Source of the DNA: Clostridia bacterium
GTDB taxonomy: Bacteria > Bacillota > Clostridia > Monoglobales > Monoglobaceae
Direction: 5' to 3'
Assembly (NCBI GenBank): GCA_045542775.1
Contig: JAZQLR010000023.1
Coordinates: forward strand, 1 to 33,756
DNA length: 33,756 nucleotides
Made by a program: the position numbers and the translations under genes
Shown here: one piece after another, positions 1 to 8,059 of the stretch
How positions within the stretch are numbered: position 1 is the first letter of the stretch
Layout of the letters: every line of letters begins with the position of its first letter
Notes under the pieces: model-generated
What the model saw: the letters and a program-made list of their open reading frames with translations, nothing else
Databases searched by the model: none
What the model was told of the DNA's origin: nothing

Positions 1-1
1 A

Positions 2-1360
2 GCCGCTAAGACCAAAAAGGCAGAAAAATCCGAAGAAGCTGCACCCGTAGCCGAGGAAAAACCGGCTAAAAAGGCAGCTAAGTCCAAAAAAGCAGAAACC
101 ACCGAGGAGACCGCTCCCGTAGCCGAGGAAAAGCCGGCTAAGAAAGCATCAAAAAAGAAGACCGACGCAAATCTTGAAGTTGCTGACGAGCTTGCACCGG
201 AATCCGCAGAAAAGCCGGCTAAGAAAACCTCAAAAAAGGCAAAGGCACAGGCAGAAGGCGAGAAAAAAGTCGTTTCAAAGGAAGTGCAGAAGCAGGCACT
301 TCAGGAACTTGTAGAACTTGGCAAAAAGAACGGCGAGCTTACCTATGACGATATTCAGGCAAAGCTTGAGGCGGTTGAAATGGACCCCGACCAGATTGAA
401 AGGGTTTATGACTTCCTTGAAAAGCAGGGCATTGAAATCCTCACCAACTTTGAAGAAGATTTACCCGAGCTGGAAGAAGACTTTGAAATTTCCGAGGACG
501 AGCTTGCAGACTTAAGCGTTCCCGACAGCGTAAGCATTGACGACCCCGTTCGTATGTACCTTAAGGAAATCGGTAAAGTTCCGCTCCTTTCCGGTGCAGA
601 GGAAGCCGAGCTTGCACATAAAATGGCTGATGGCGACGAGGCTGCAAAGCAGAGCTTAGCTGAGGCAAACCTGCGCCTTGTTGTAAGTATTGCAAAGAGA
701 TATGTAGGCCGCGGAATGCTGTTCCTTGACCTTATTCAGGAGGGTAACCTTGGTCTTATCAAAGCAGTTGAGAAGTTCGACTACACAAAAGGCTACAAAT
801 TCAGTACTTATGCAACATGGTGGATTCGTCAGGCTATCACCCGTGCGATTGCCGACCAGGCTCGTACAATCCGAATTCCGGTTCATATGGTTGAAACAAT
901 AAACAAGCTTATCCGTGTTAACAGACAGCTTGTTCAGGAGCTGGGCCGTGACCCGCTTCCCGAAGAAATTGCAAAAGAGCTTAATATGCCCATTGACAAG
1001 GTTGGCGAGATTATGAAGATTGCGCAAGAACCCGTATCCCTTGAAACACCTATCGGTGAAGAAGAAGACAGCCACCTTGGCGACTTTATTCAGGATAACG
1101 AAACCCCTGCACCTCAGGACGCCGCAACATTCAGACTCCTTAAGGAACAGCTGGTTGATGTTTTAAGCACCCTGACCCCCAGAGAGGAAAAGGTTCTCCG
1201 CCTGAGATTTGGTCTTGACAACGGCAGAGCAAGAACTCTTGAAGAAGTTGGTAAAGAATTTAATGTTACCCGTGAGCGTATCCGCCAGATTGAGGCAAAA
1301 GCGCTCCGTAAGCTGAGACACCCCAGCAGAAGTAAGAAGTTAAAAGACTATCTCGAATAA
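2..1360 (+). CDS. rpoD: RNA polymerase primary sigma factor (sigma-70 / SigA), 5'-partial at window edge
   Basis: Sigma-70 regions 2-4 are readable ([51 protein letters not shown]; region 4.2 [28 protein letters not shown]). The track ORF starts at an internal GTG (284), but the same frame has no stop from nt 2 and encodes K/A/E/P-rich repeats. The true start is therefore probably upstream of the window. Confidence 0.95.
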   Translation, partial: AAKTKKAEKSEEAAPVAEEKPAKKAAKSKKAETTEETAPVAEEKPAKKASKKKTDANLEVADELAPESAEKPAKKTSKKAKAQAEGEKKVVSKEVQKQALQELVELGKKNGELTYDDIQAKLEAVEMDPDQIERVYDFLEKQGIEILTNFEEDLPELEEDFEISEDELADLSVPDSVSIDDPVRMYLKEIGKVPLLSGAEEAELAHKMADGDEAAKQSLAEANLRLVVSIAKRYVGRGMLFLDLIQEGNLGLIKAVEKFDYTKGYKFSTYATWWIRQAITRAIADQARTIRIPVHMVETINKLIRVNRQLVQELGRDPLPEEIAKELNMPIDKVGEIMKIAQEPVSLETPIGEEEDSHLGDFIQDNETPAPQDAATFRLLKEQLVDVLSTLTPREEKVLRLRFGLDNGRARTLEEVGKEFNVTRERIRQIEAKALRKLRHPSRSKKLKDYLE

Positions 1361-1402
1361 TAAGGACAAAGACAAAATGCACAGACCGCATAAAGCAGTG
1401 TG

Positions 1403-1433
1403 TTGTCATTCTGAGGCAACGCCGAAGAATCTT
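1403..1433 (+). repeat. Short dispersed repeat, family D (TTGTCATTCTGAGG..CGAAGAATCTT type)
   Basis: ttgtcattctgaggcaacgccgaagaatctt. Related copies lie at 19825-19853, 19932-19960 and 30781-30811, with an inverted copy at 30736-30762. Confidence 0.8.
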
Positions 1434-1440
1434 ACAAGAA

Positions 1441-1570
1441 TTTGATTAATTTGCTTTATGCTACGAACAAACTTCACCTCTCGGCGTATCAATGTACGCC
1501 TTCGGGTAACCCCTTTGGGTTCAGTTTGTCCGTTCTGCACTATTTTCTCTTCGCCCTATGCTGAACTGTT
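1441..1570 (+). repeat. Structured 3'-UTR element, family A (copy downstream of rpoD)
   Basis: Core cacctctcGGCGTAtcaatgTACGCCttcgggtaaCCCctttGGGttcag, flanked by the pairing arms gctacgaacaaac / gtttgtccgttctgc. It is the same family as 20293-20447, 23335-23476 and 29451-29552 when those are read on the minus strand. Confidence 0.7.
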
Positions 1571-1574
1571 ATAT

Positions 1575-1613
1575 AAACAGCCCATCGTACATTATGTACG
1601 ATGGGCTGTTTGT
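1575..1613. terminator. Bidirectional intrinsic terminator between rpoD and the convergent small ORF
   Basis: Perfect hairpin aaacagcccatcgtaca-tta-tgtacgatgggctgttt, with A/T runs on both sides. Confidence 0.8.
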
Positions 1614-1632
1614 TATTCTGAACGAAGTGAAT

Positions 1633-1782
1633 TTACTCTTCCTCCTCTTCACCTTCTTCCGAGGATTCATCACAAGTTTCTATGTATATATCCTCACATT
1701 CTACCTGCAATTCTTTTAACTCTTCAATCACATCAGTAACCTTGTTAAACATTTTTAAATACATCTTTTTGTAATCCGGCAT
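1633..1782 (-). CDS. Small acidic hypothetical protein (49 aa: MPDYKKMYLKMFNKVTDVIEELKELQVECEDIYIETCDESSEEGEEEEE)
   Basis: ATG at 1782 is preceded by ataGGAGGGcgaaat. The longer 82-aa track ORF would run into the upstream terminator/RNA. I recognise no family. Confidence 0.6.
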   Translation of the reverse strand: MPDYKKMYLKMFNKVTDVIEELKELQVECEDIYIETCDESSEEGEEEEE

Positions 1783-1802
1783 ATTTCGCCCTCCTATAAA
1801 AT

Positions 1803-1970
1803 AAAAAATGCGCCAACCGAAGCTGACGCACGAAAAACGCAGCTCCAAATTGTCGCCAAACAATATTCTAACATAAACCAATAAAGCGTATGCAAAAGAA
1901 CGGAGCCTGCGTTTTTACCTAAAAGATAAAACGCCACGCTTCATTGATTTTTTATTGAATATCATTTGGC
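1803..1970 (-). ncRNA. Candidate structured RNA, family B copy 3 (terminator-containing leader of the 49-aa acidic ORF)
   Basis: It starts about 7 nt after a consensus promoter. P1 is GCCAAAUGAUAUUC/GAAUAUUGUUUGGC and P2 is CAAUGAAGCGU/ACGCUUUAUUG. The long-range pairing is AAAAACGCAG/CUGCGUUUUU. It ends with a hairpin plus a U6 tract only ~20 nt before the ORF's ATG. Confidence 0.6.
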
Positions 1971-1976
1971 TCTATC

Positions 1977-2005
1977 ATTATATCACTATAATTTTAAAAT
2001 TGCAA
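1977..2005 (-). promoter_or_regulatory. Sigma-A type promoter of family B copy 3
   Basis: Minus strand reads TTGCAA - 17 nt - TATAAT. Confidence 0.65.
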
Positions 2006-2035
2006 TAGTTTTCTGTAAAATTTTGTAAATTTCCA

Positions 2036-2073
2036 AACAAAAAGACCCGTATTTGATTTTTCAAATACGGGTC
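2036..2073 (-). terminator. Intrinsic terminator for the recO / 4Fe-4S gene transcription unit
   Basis: Hairpin gacccgtatttga-tttt-tcaaatacgggtc, followed on the minus strand by tttttgtttgg. Confidence 0.7.
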
Positions 2074-2179
2074 ATGAAATATTTTTCCCTTTCCACAACC
2101 AAGTCACAAAAAAATTATTTAGATTTCGTGATTTGACGAGCGCCGCTCAGACTTCTGGTCAACTGTAAAATTGATGAAG

Positions 2180-2240
2180 ATTGTTCGTTTAGCTGACCGC
2201 CGTGTACTGTGTGTACACAAGGGCGGCGAAACGGACGATA
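2180..2240 (-). repeat. Degenerate family A-like 3'-UTR element
   Basis: Outer arms ttgttcgttt / aaacggacga enclose ccgccGTGTACtgtgtGTACACaagggcgg. It lies directly after the stop at 2250. It lacks the second hairpin and the conserved CCCGA/GAGCGG flanks, so family membership is tentative. Confidence 0.35.
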
Positions 2241-2249
2241 TTCGCAATT

Positions 2250-2897
2250 TTACTTTGACCGCGGACAGACACGCATACAGATGCCGCATACTACTCCTCG
2301 CCCTATATGTTGGTACGCTTTTTTCATATAATCACTGCAGGCTTTGGCATCAACTATGTTTTCCCTTGCCTCTCCGGCTTTCCACTCGTTACCCGTTATC
2401 GCCATTGCAGGGCATGCATCCACGCAAAGCCGACATTCTCCGCATACCGACTCTTTGGGTTGCGCCTTGATGTCAAACGGATAATCGGTCAGAATTGTTC
2501 CAAGCCTTACTCTCGGTCCAAACTTATTTGATAAAAACAAACCGCTTTTGCCAATTGTTCCGAGCCCCGACATAACTGCGGCGTACTTGTGCGAAAATAT
2601 CCCCTGCAATCCATTCACCGACTGGGATGCCGGAACGCAGGCATATCTGTACCCCTCACGGGCAAGCATAAGCCCTACTTTGAGGGCAGTATTATCAATA
2701 AACGCATTAACCGTTCTGTAATGGTGAAAATATGTATGGGTCGGCTCGTTTGTGATACCGTCAATCACCGCATCCGACAGCGGAACTGCAAACGATACTG
2801 CGTATGGCAAGTTGAACGGATTTTCGGCATCAATCGGGCAGAAGCCTACCTCGCCTATTCCATTTTCGTATAAAAATTTTTCAATTTTATTCTTCAT
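2250..2897 (-). CDS. 4Fe-4S dicluster-domain protein, QueG / reductive-dehalogenase-like (possible epoxyqueuosine reductase-like)
   Basis: 215 aa with two ferredoxin-type Cys motifs (CGECRLCVDACP and CGICMRVCP). It overlaps the recO stop by 11 nt. The functional assignment is weak. Confidence 0.6.
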   Translation of the reverse strand: MKNKIEKFLYENGIGEVGFCPIDAENPFNLPYAVSFAVPLSDAVIDGITNEPTHTYFHHYRTVNAFIDNTALKVGLMLAREGYRYACVPASQSVNGLQGIFSHKYAAVMSGLGTIGKSGLFLSNKFGPRVRLGTILTDYPFDIKAQPKESVCGECRLCVDACPAMAITGNEWKAGEARENIVDAKACSDYMKKAYQHIGRGVVCGICMRVCPRSK

Positions 2898-3666
2898 TAC
2901 TTTGCTCCAACATCTTAACCTTATTTAAGTAATTCAGCGTTGAAAAGTCGCGGTCCAGCTGAGCTTTAAGGTACTCCTCGCTGACGCGGCTTAAATAACT
3001 AACCGTCTTTTCTCCGGCTTCAAACGAAAAAATCTGCCGGCTGTCGGCGGATGTGATATATTCAATCAGCTTGACCATCGTCGGTGTAACCTTTGCCACT
3101 CCGGCTTTTCCGCTGCCGCAAGCCTCACAAAATGCCGTACCTGTCGCAAACGAAAGATATGCCGCATCACCGCTTCCGCAACCCTCACACTCCGAAACCA
3201 AAGGTGCATATCCCGCCTCTGCCGCAAGCCGCCATTCAAAAACGGTCTTTATTTTTTCGTACGGACATAGTCCTTTGTCAAGCGCATACAGCGTGTTTAA
3301 AAGAAGCCGCAAGATATTCTCGTCGGGCGCGTCCTCTGTTGTTGCGGCAGTTGCCGCCTCGGCAAAATACGAGGCGTATGCCATCTTATCAAGGTCATAC
3401 CGAAGCGACGAAAAGCTCTCTAAAACCGACATCTCGTTGAGGTTATAAAGACCCTTTTTACTCTTTGCCTTATACATAACAATCTCGCTGTATGCAAACA
3501 GCTGAAGCCCTGCAAGCATCTGCGACTTTTTTGTTCTTACGCTGTTTGCAATTGCGGAAATCTTGCCAAAATCCTTGGTCAGCACGGTGACAATCAGGCT
3601 TGTTTCACCGTACTTGGTGGTTTTGGTCACAATCCCCGAGGTTTTTATCAATCCCAAAATCCTCAC
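2887..3666 (-). CDS. recO: DNA repair protein RecO
   Basis: N-terminal OB-fold-like GIVTKTTKYGETSLIVTVLTKDFGKISAIA, a Cys4 zinc motif (CEGCGS...CEAC), and its position after era-yqzL as in Bacillus. The exact start is uncertain because it overlaps the yqzL-like ORF. Confidence 0.85.
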   Translation of the reverse strand: MRILGLIKTSGIVTKTTKYGETSLIVTVLTKDFGKISAIANSVRTKKSQMLAGLQLFAYSEIVMYKAKSKKGLYNLNEMSVLESFSSLRYDLDKMAYASYFAEAATAATTEDAPDENILRLLLNTLYALDKGLCPYEKIKTVFEWRLAAEAGYAPLVSECEGCGSGDAAYLSFATGTAFCEACGSGKAGVAKVTPTMVKLIEYITSADSRQIFSFEAGEKTVSYLSRVSEEYLKAQLDRDFSTLNYLNKVKMLEQSNEE

Positions 3667-3775
3667 CGGCCTCGACTTTCATTTTCTCTTCACAAAACAG
3701 CTTGAATTTGAGGTAGCTATACACACTCCCCGTATTTTCAAAAGCTGCCCACAGTATATCTTTATATTCACGCAT
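3605..3775 (-). CDS. yqzL: YqzL-like small protein (56 aa), absent from the ORF track
   Basis: aaacGGAGGattaaatcaATG precedes MREYKDILWAAFENTGSVYSYLKFKLFCEEK... The W..F..TG.....YL.FK pattern and the era-recO intergenic position match the YqzL family. The C-terminal third overlaps the annotated recO start. Confidence 0.55.
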   Translation of the reverse strand: MREYKDILWAAFENTGSVYSYLKFKLFCEEKMKVEAGEDFGIDKNLGDCDQNHQVR

Positions 3776-3865
3776 TGATTTAATCCTCCGTTTATCTGAT
3801 ACTTTTAGTATTGAAAGAAGATTAAATGTATATGCTGTTACTTTTTACCACGGTCACCAAAAATT

Positions 3866-4750
3866 TTATTCAAAACCAATAGTGTTCATAAAGGCTTCCT
3901 TATTCCGCCAGTCCTCCTTGACCTTTACCCAAAGCTCAAGGTACACCTTTGTGCCTAAGAACCTTTCAATATCCTGCCTTGCACGGCTGCCTATATCCTT
4001 GAGCTTTTCGCCCTTTCTGCCTATAATAATCGCCTTATGGCTCTGGCGTTCGCAGTAAATAGCCGCCAAAATCTCGTATGTGCCGTTGTCACGCTTTTTC
4101 ATTTTTTCAATCTCTACGGCAATTCCGTGGGGTATCTCCTGATTGAGCAAACGGAGTGCCTTTTCACGGATATATTCCGCCGCAATCTGGCGTTCCGGCT
4201 GGTCGGTTATCAAATCACCGGGGAAGAACTGCGGGCCCTCGTCAAGATGATTTTTGATTTCCTCAACAAGTGCGTCTACATTATCGCCCATCTTTGCCGA
4301 AAGGGGAACTATCCCTGCGAAGTCATATAGCTTAGTCAGCTTGTCAATCACGGGGAGAAGTGCCACCTTTTCAACCGTGTCTGCCTTGTTGACAACCAGA
4401 ATTACCGGAATATCCGACTTTTTGAGTCCCTCAAGAGCAATCCGCTCCTTTTCATACTCGTTCTCGTAAAGGTTGCAGTCAACAACATACAAAAGAACAT
4501 CCACATCCTGAGTTGCGGTGTAGATATATTTTTCCATTTTCTGACCCAATTTGTTATGCGGCTTGTGAATACCGGGCGTGTCGATAAGAACAATCTGACA
4601 ATCCTCGGTGGTATGAACCCCCATAATTTTTGTTCGGGTGGTCTGGGGCTTGTTTGAAACAATAGCCACCTTTTCACCTATAATCCTATTCATAAGTGTT
4701 GACTTGCCGGCATTTGGTCTGCCACAAATCGCAACAAAGCCTGATTTCAT
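3866..4750 (-). CDS. era: GTPase Era
   Basis: G1 motif GRPNAGKST, DTPG, NKAD, and a C-terminal KH domain (IIIGRKGEKLKDIG). Confidence 0.95.
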   Translation of the reverse strand: MKSGFVAICGRPNAGKSTLMNRIIGEKVAIVSNKPQTTRTKIMGVHTTEDCQIVLIDTPGIHKPHNKLGQKMEKYIYTATQDVDVLLYVVDCNLYENEYEKERIALEGLKKSDIPVILVVNKADTVEKVALLPVIDKLTKLYDFAGIVPLSAKMGDNVDALVEEIKNHLDEGPQFFPGDLITDQPERQIAAEYIREKALRLLNQEIPHGIAVEIEKMKKRDNGTYEILAAIYCERQSHKAIIIGRKGEKLKDIGSRARQDIERFLGTKVYLELWVKVKEDWRNKEAFMNTIGFE

Positions 4751-4776
4751 ATTCTTCCTCTTTTCTTATGTGAGTA

Positions 4777-5262
4777 CTATCTCTCTAAATTCATTTCCTT
4801 TAAAATTTCCTTTTGGTAGCCGAACATTTCCTCCTCGTCATCGGGGGTCTCGTGGTCATACCCCAAAAGGTGCAGCATTGAATGAACCGTAAGGAATCCC
4901 ACCTCACGCTCAAACGAATGTCCGTACTCCTCTGCCTGCTCTGCAGCACGCTCAAGGGAAATTACAATGTCACCAAGAACCATTTCGCCGTTTGGGTTAA
5001 AATCCATATACTCCTCAATCACATAGCCTTCGTCGTCATATTCAATCAAAGGAAACGACAAAACATCGGTGGCACGGTCAATACTGCGGTGTTCACGATT
5101 AAGCTCACGGATTTCCTCATTATCGGTGAACATAACGCTTATCTCCACCTTTGTTCCGAACTCCATATATTCAAGCGAAGCCTTTGCCGCACTCCGCACC
5201 AAATCCCGAAGCTCCTTTGTAACCTTGAACTTTTTCTGATTATTTCTTATCGCTATTTTCAT
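4777..5262 (-). CDS. ybeY: rRNA maturation endoribonuclease YbeY
   Basis: Zinc motif HSMLHLLGYDH; position between phoH and era. Confidence 0.93.
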   Translation of the reverse strand: MKIAIRNNQKKFKVTKELRDLVRSAAKASLEYMEFGTKVEISVMFTDNEEIRELNREHRSIDRATDVLSFPLIEYDDEGYVIEEYMDFNPNGEMVLGDIVISLERAAEQAEEYGHSFEREVGFLTVHSMLHLLGYDHETPDDEEEMFGYQKEILKEMNLER

Positions 5263-6253
5263 ATCTCTTTTTGCCTCTGTTATTTTTTTCGCTTATCCGT
5301 TCACGCTCAATGGTCTTTTTCTCGTATGCCTTAACAATCTGCTGTACCAGCGGATGCCTTACAACATCCTTTTCGCTTAGGTACATAAATTCAATACCCT
5401 CAACACCCTTGAGAACAATCTCTGCATCACGCAGACCCGACTTTTTGTTGGAGGGCAAATCTATCTGGGTTATGTCACCCGTAACAACTATCTTTGACGA
5501 AAATCCCATACGGGTGAGGAACATCTTCATCTGCTCGGGCGTGGTGTTCTGCGCTTCGTCTAAGATAATAAACGCATCGTCAAGAGTTCTGCCGCGCATA
5601 TAGGCAAGGGGTGCAACCTCGATAAGTCCCCGTTCAATATTCTTGTGGAACGATTCGCCGCCCAGCATATCGCCAAGGGCATCATAGAGCGGTCTTAAAT
5701 ACGGGTCAACCTTGTCCTGCATATCCCCCGGCAGAAAGCCCAACGACTCGCCGGCCTCAACCGCAGGTCGGGTGAGAATAATCTTGTTAACCTCTTTATT
5801 TTTAAACGCCTTAACCGCCATAGCCACCGCAAGATAGGTTTTACCCGTTCCGGCAGGGCCTATACCAAAGACGATGGGGTTCTTCTCGATAGCGGTGATA
5901 TAGCTCCGCTGACCAAGAGTCTTTGCACGAATGGGCATTCCCCTTGAAGTTATGCAAACGCAGTCCTGACCAAGAGTTTCAAGCTCCTTATCATTGTCCT
6001 CCTCAATCTGGGAGATTACATACCGAACCTCCTGCTCGCCAAGAGCAGTGCCGCCCCGTGCCATACCCATAAGATGCTGAATAACACGAACAGCACGGTC
6101 AACATTATCCGGCTCACCGCCAATTTTGATGTCCGAGCCACGGTTAATCACCGCAACATCGAACTCTTTCTCGATAAGTCTGATATTTTCGTCAAAGCTG
6201 CCGAAAAGGTTAATCAGAACCTCCATTTTTTCAACCTCAATGTGTCGCTCCAT
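5240..6253 (-). CDS. phoH: PhoH-family ATPase (PhoH/YbeZ-like)
   Basis: Walker A GPAGTGKTYLAVA and an N-terminal KH-like region. The track ORF extends to a GTG at 6331, but that extension runs into the family C repeat. I prefer the ATG at 6253 (MERHIEVEK...), which has aggaagga upstream. Confidence 0.9.
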   Translation of the reverse strand: MERHIEVEKMEVLINLFGSFDENIRLIEKEFDVAVINRGSDIKIGGEPDNVDRAVRVIQHLMGMARGGTALGEQEVRYVISQIEEDNDKELETLGQDCVCITSRGMPIRAKTLGQRSYITAIEKNPIVFGIGPAGTGKTYLAVAMAVKAFKNKEVNKIILTRPAVEAGESLGFLPGDMQDKVDPYLRPLYDALGDMLGGESFHKNIERGLIEVAPLAYMRGRTLDDAFIILDEAQNTTPEQMKMFLTRMGFSSKIVVTGDITQIDLPSNKKSGLRDAEIVLKGVEGIEFMYLSEKDVVRHPLVQQIVKAYEKKTIERERISEKNNRGKKRYENSDKK

Positions 6254-6322
6254 ATACGCCTTTTTCCTTCCTTTTTCATACCCCCAACTAACCTGTTTCA
6301 GCAAAACCATTGCGTTGTTTTT

Positions 6323-6383
6323 GTAGGGCACAGCCTTCAGGATGTGCCGGTTTGCCGGTTCGTCAGAAATCGCCGAACCCTAC
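6323..6383. repeat. Dispersed structured repeat, family C (three-way junction type)
   Basis: GTAGGG-GGCACAgccttcaggaTGTGCC-ggtttgcc-GGTTCGtcagaaatcgcCGAACC-CTAC. A near-identical inverted copy lies at 26632-26690. Confidence 0.8.
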
Positions 6384-6440
6384 AATAGCAAATTAAAATT
6401 GGGAGTGCTATCTCTTTTTAATTCCAAGCATAGTTTTCCA

Positions 6441-7667
6441 CTATGTATTTTCACTATCCTCATTGTAATTCAAATTTTCAATTTTGTCAATTGCAGATTG
6501 CTCCGCAATGTCCTCATAGCACAGGATTTTAACCGTTACCGTCACCGAATTTTTCTCCTCCACAAAACTCATCTCGATATCCTTAATCTCGGCTGACGGC
6601 GAAATCTCCGATTTAAGCTCCTTTTCAAGCTCTTTTTTTGCCAGATTTACCGTCTGCTCTGCTGTCCGTTTCCGTTTTTCGGGGGTGTATTCTCTGTAAT
6701 TCACCTTGCCTATAGCAAAGGGCGGAAGCTTATTCCCAAACAGGCTGTACTCCGTACGGGTTTCAGTCTTGTCAGAATATTCAAATGGCGACCCCGATTT
6801 AAAATAAAGCGGCAGTGCCTTGCCGAATGCCGAAACGGTGAATTTTGATTTTGCCTCGCCCGTATATATTTTTTCAACATATTCCAAAGGATATGTACCC
6901 GATTTCTGGTACTCGGTATCGGCGTACACCTCGCCAAAGGAATGTGCGTAGCGGATACCCTCCTTTGTGCTGTCTATCACGCCGCTGACAAGCAAATCGC
7001 CCTTTTCGACCATATCATTGACCTTTACCGTTGTCTGACCTGCCTTCACCTCCAGGAGCCTTATTATCCCGTCACGGCACGCAATCAGGTTGCACGGAAC
7101 ATCTGCGTTCTCCACCCGCTTGGTATCAAGGCGTTCACGCACCTCGATATACGCCTTTGAGCCTTTGATATTTACCCCAATCCACGCAATATCGTCAAAC
7201 GCCGTCATCATTTTATTCTGCACCGATTTCGGCTCAATTCTCCGCACCGCCGCACCACGATAAACTCCGGCGTTCTTCAGCCCCTGCTCAATCTCTGCGG
7301 CAGAGAGCCTTTCGCAGCCGATTATGTCAATCCCCATAATATGTGATGAGAGATACCACAGCACAGCAATAAATAAAAACACCCCCGAAAGCGCAAACCG
7401 CCTTTTGTGAAAACGATGGAGAAAAAACGGCAAGCCGTAGCGCCTGCAGAGCCTCACCCGTGTTCGGGTTTTGCGTGCAATGGGGCGGATTTCGCGAAAT
7501 CCCCGGATGCTTATACGGGCATCAATGGCATTTTCGCCGCGGCGTTTGACATCGCGGAGAAGTATGTTGCGATGCATACAAATGTTCAAAAACCGTTCAA
7601 GGAACATTCCCTCGGCACGGATTGTAACCGAGCCACGGATATAACCAATAATCTTTGAAATTGACAC
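6441..7667 (-). CDS. yqfD: Sporulation protein YqfD (stage IV)
   Basis: 408 aa beginning MSISKIIGYIRGSVTIRAEGMFLERFLN, with a central TM segment. Position is yqfC-yqfD-phoH as in Bacillus. Confidence 0.85.
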   Translation of the reverse strand: MSISKIIGYIRGSVTIRAEGMFLERFLNICMHRNILLRDVKRRGENAIDARISIRGFREIRPIARKTRTRVRLCRRYGLPFFLHRFHKRRFALSGVFLFIAVLWYLSSHIMGIDIIGCERLSAAEIEQGLKNAGVYRGAAVRRIEPKSVQNKMMTAFDDIAWIGVNIKGSKAYIEVRERLDTKRVENADVPCNLIACRDGIIRLLEVKAGQTTVKVNDMVEKGDLLVSGVIDSTKEGIRYAHSFGEVYADTEYQKSGTYPLEYVEKIYTGEAKSKFTVSAFGKALPLYFKSGSPFEYSDKTETRTEYSLFGNKLPPFAIGKVNYREYTPEKRKRTAEQTVNLAKKELEKELKSEISPSAEIKDIEMSFVEEKNSVTVTVKILCYEDIAEQSAIDKIENLNYNEDSENT

Positions 7668-7670
7668 CGG

Positions 7671-7985
7671 CTACACCTCCTGTCTGAATTCCACCGACGA
7701 GAATTTGCCCGTTACATACAGCATTTCCTTTGCGATGCTTTTTATTTCAAGCTCGGCGCCGCAAATTCGTATCCGGTTGGGGTTTGCCAAAAGAATTATC
7801 TCTTTTTCGGTATATTCCACTATACTTTTATAATTTTCGACCGTCAGCTCACGGTTGCCCAGCATTTCAATCCTTGCAAAGTCGAGGATTACCTCCTTTG
7901 CGGCATTCATCGACCCTGCAAGCCGCTCACGAACAGTAGTTTTTGGGGTCTCCGCTTTTTGTTTTGCTTTTTTCATATAAATCAA
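7671..7985 (-). CDS. yqfC: Sporulation protein YqfC
   Basis: Contains ...IEMLGNRELTVENYKSIVEYTEKEIIL... and sits immediately upstream of yqfD. A TTG at 7985 has GGAG 7 nt upstream; an alternative ATG is at 7976. Confidence 0.8.
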   Translation of the reverse strand: MIYMKKAKQKAETPKTTVRERLAGSMNAAKEVILDFARIEMLGNRELTVENYKSIVEYTEKEIILLANPNRIRICGAELEIKSIAKEMLYVTGKFSSVEFRQEV

Positions 7986-8059
7986 CGCCCTTCTCCTTTA
8001 AAATTATGCTTAAATACCGCCGTTAATGAATATATGTATTGTGAAAAGGAAGTGAAATA

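Noticed and set aside
1458-1739. 93-aa plus-strand ORF downstream of rpoD
   Set aside because: It runs through a family A repeat, the bidirectional terminator and the antisense of the small acidic ORF. It has no RBS.
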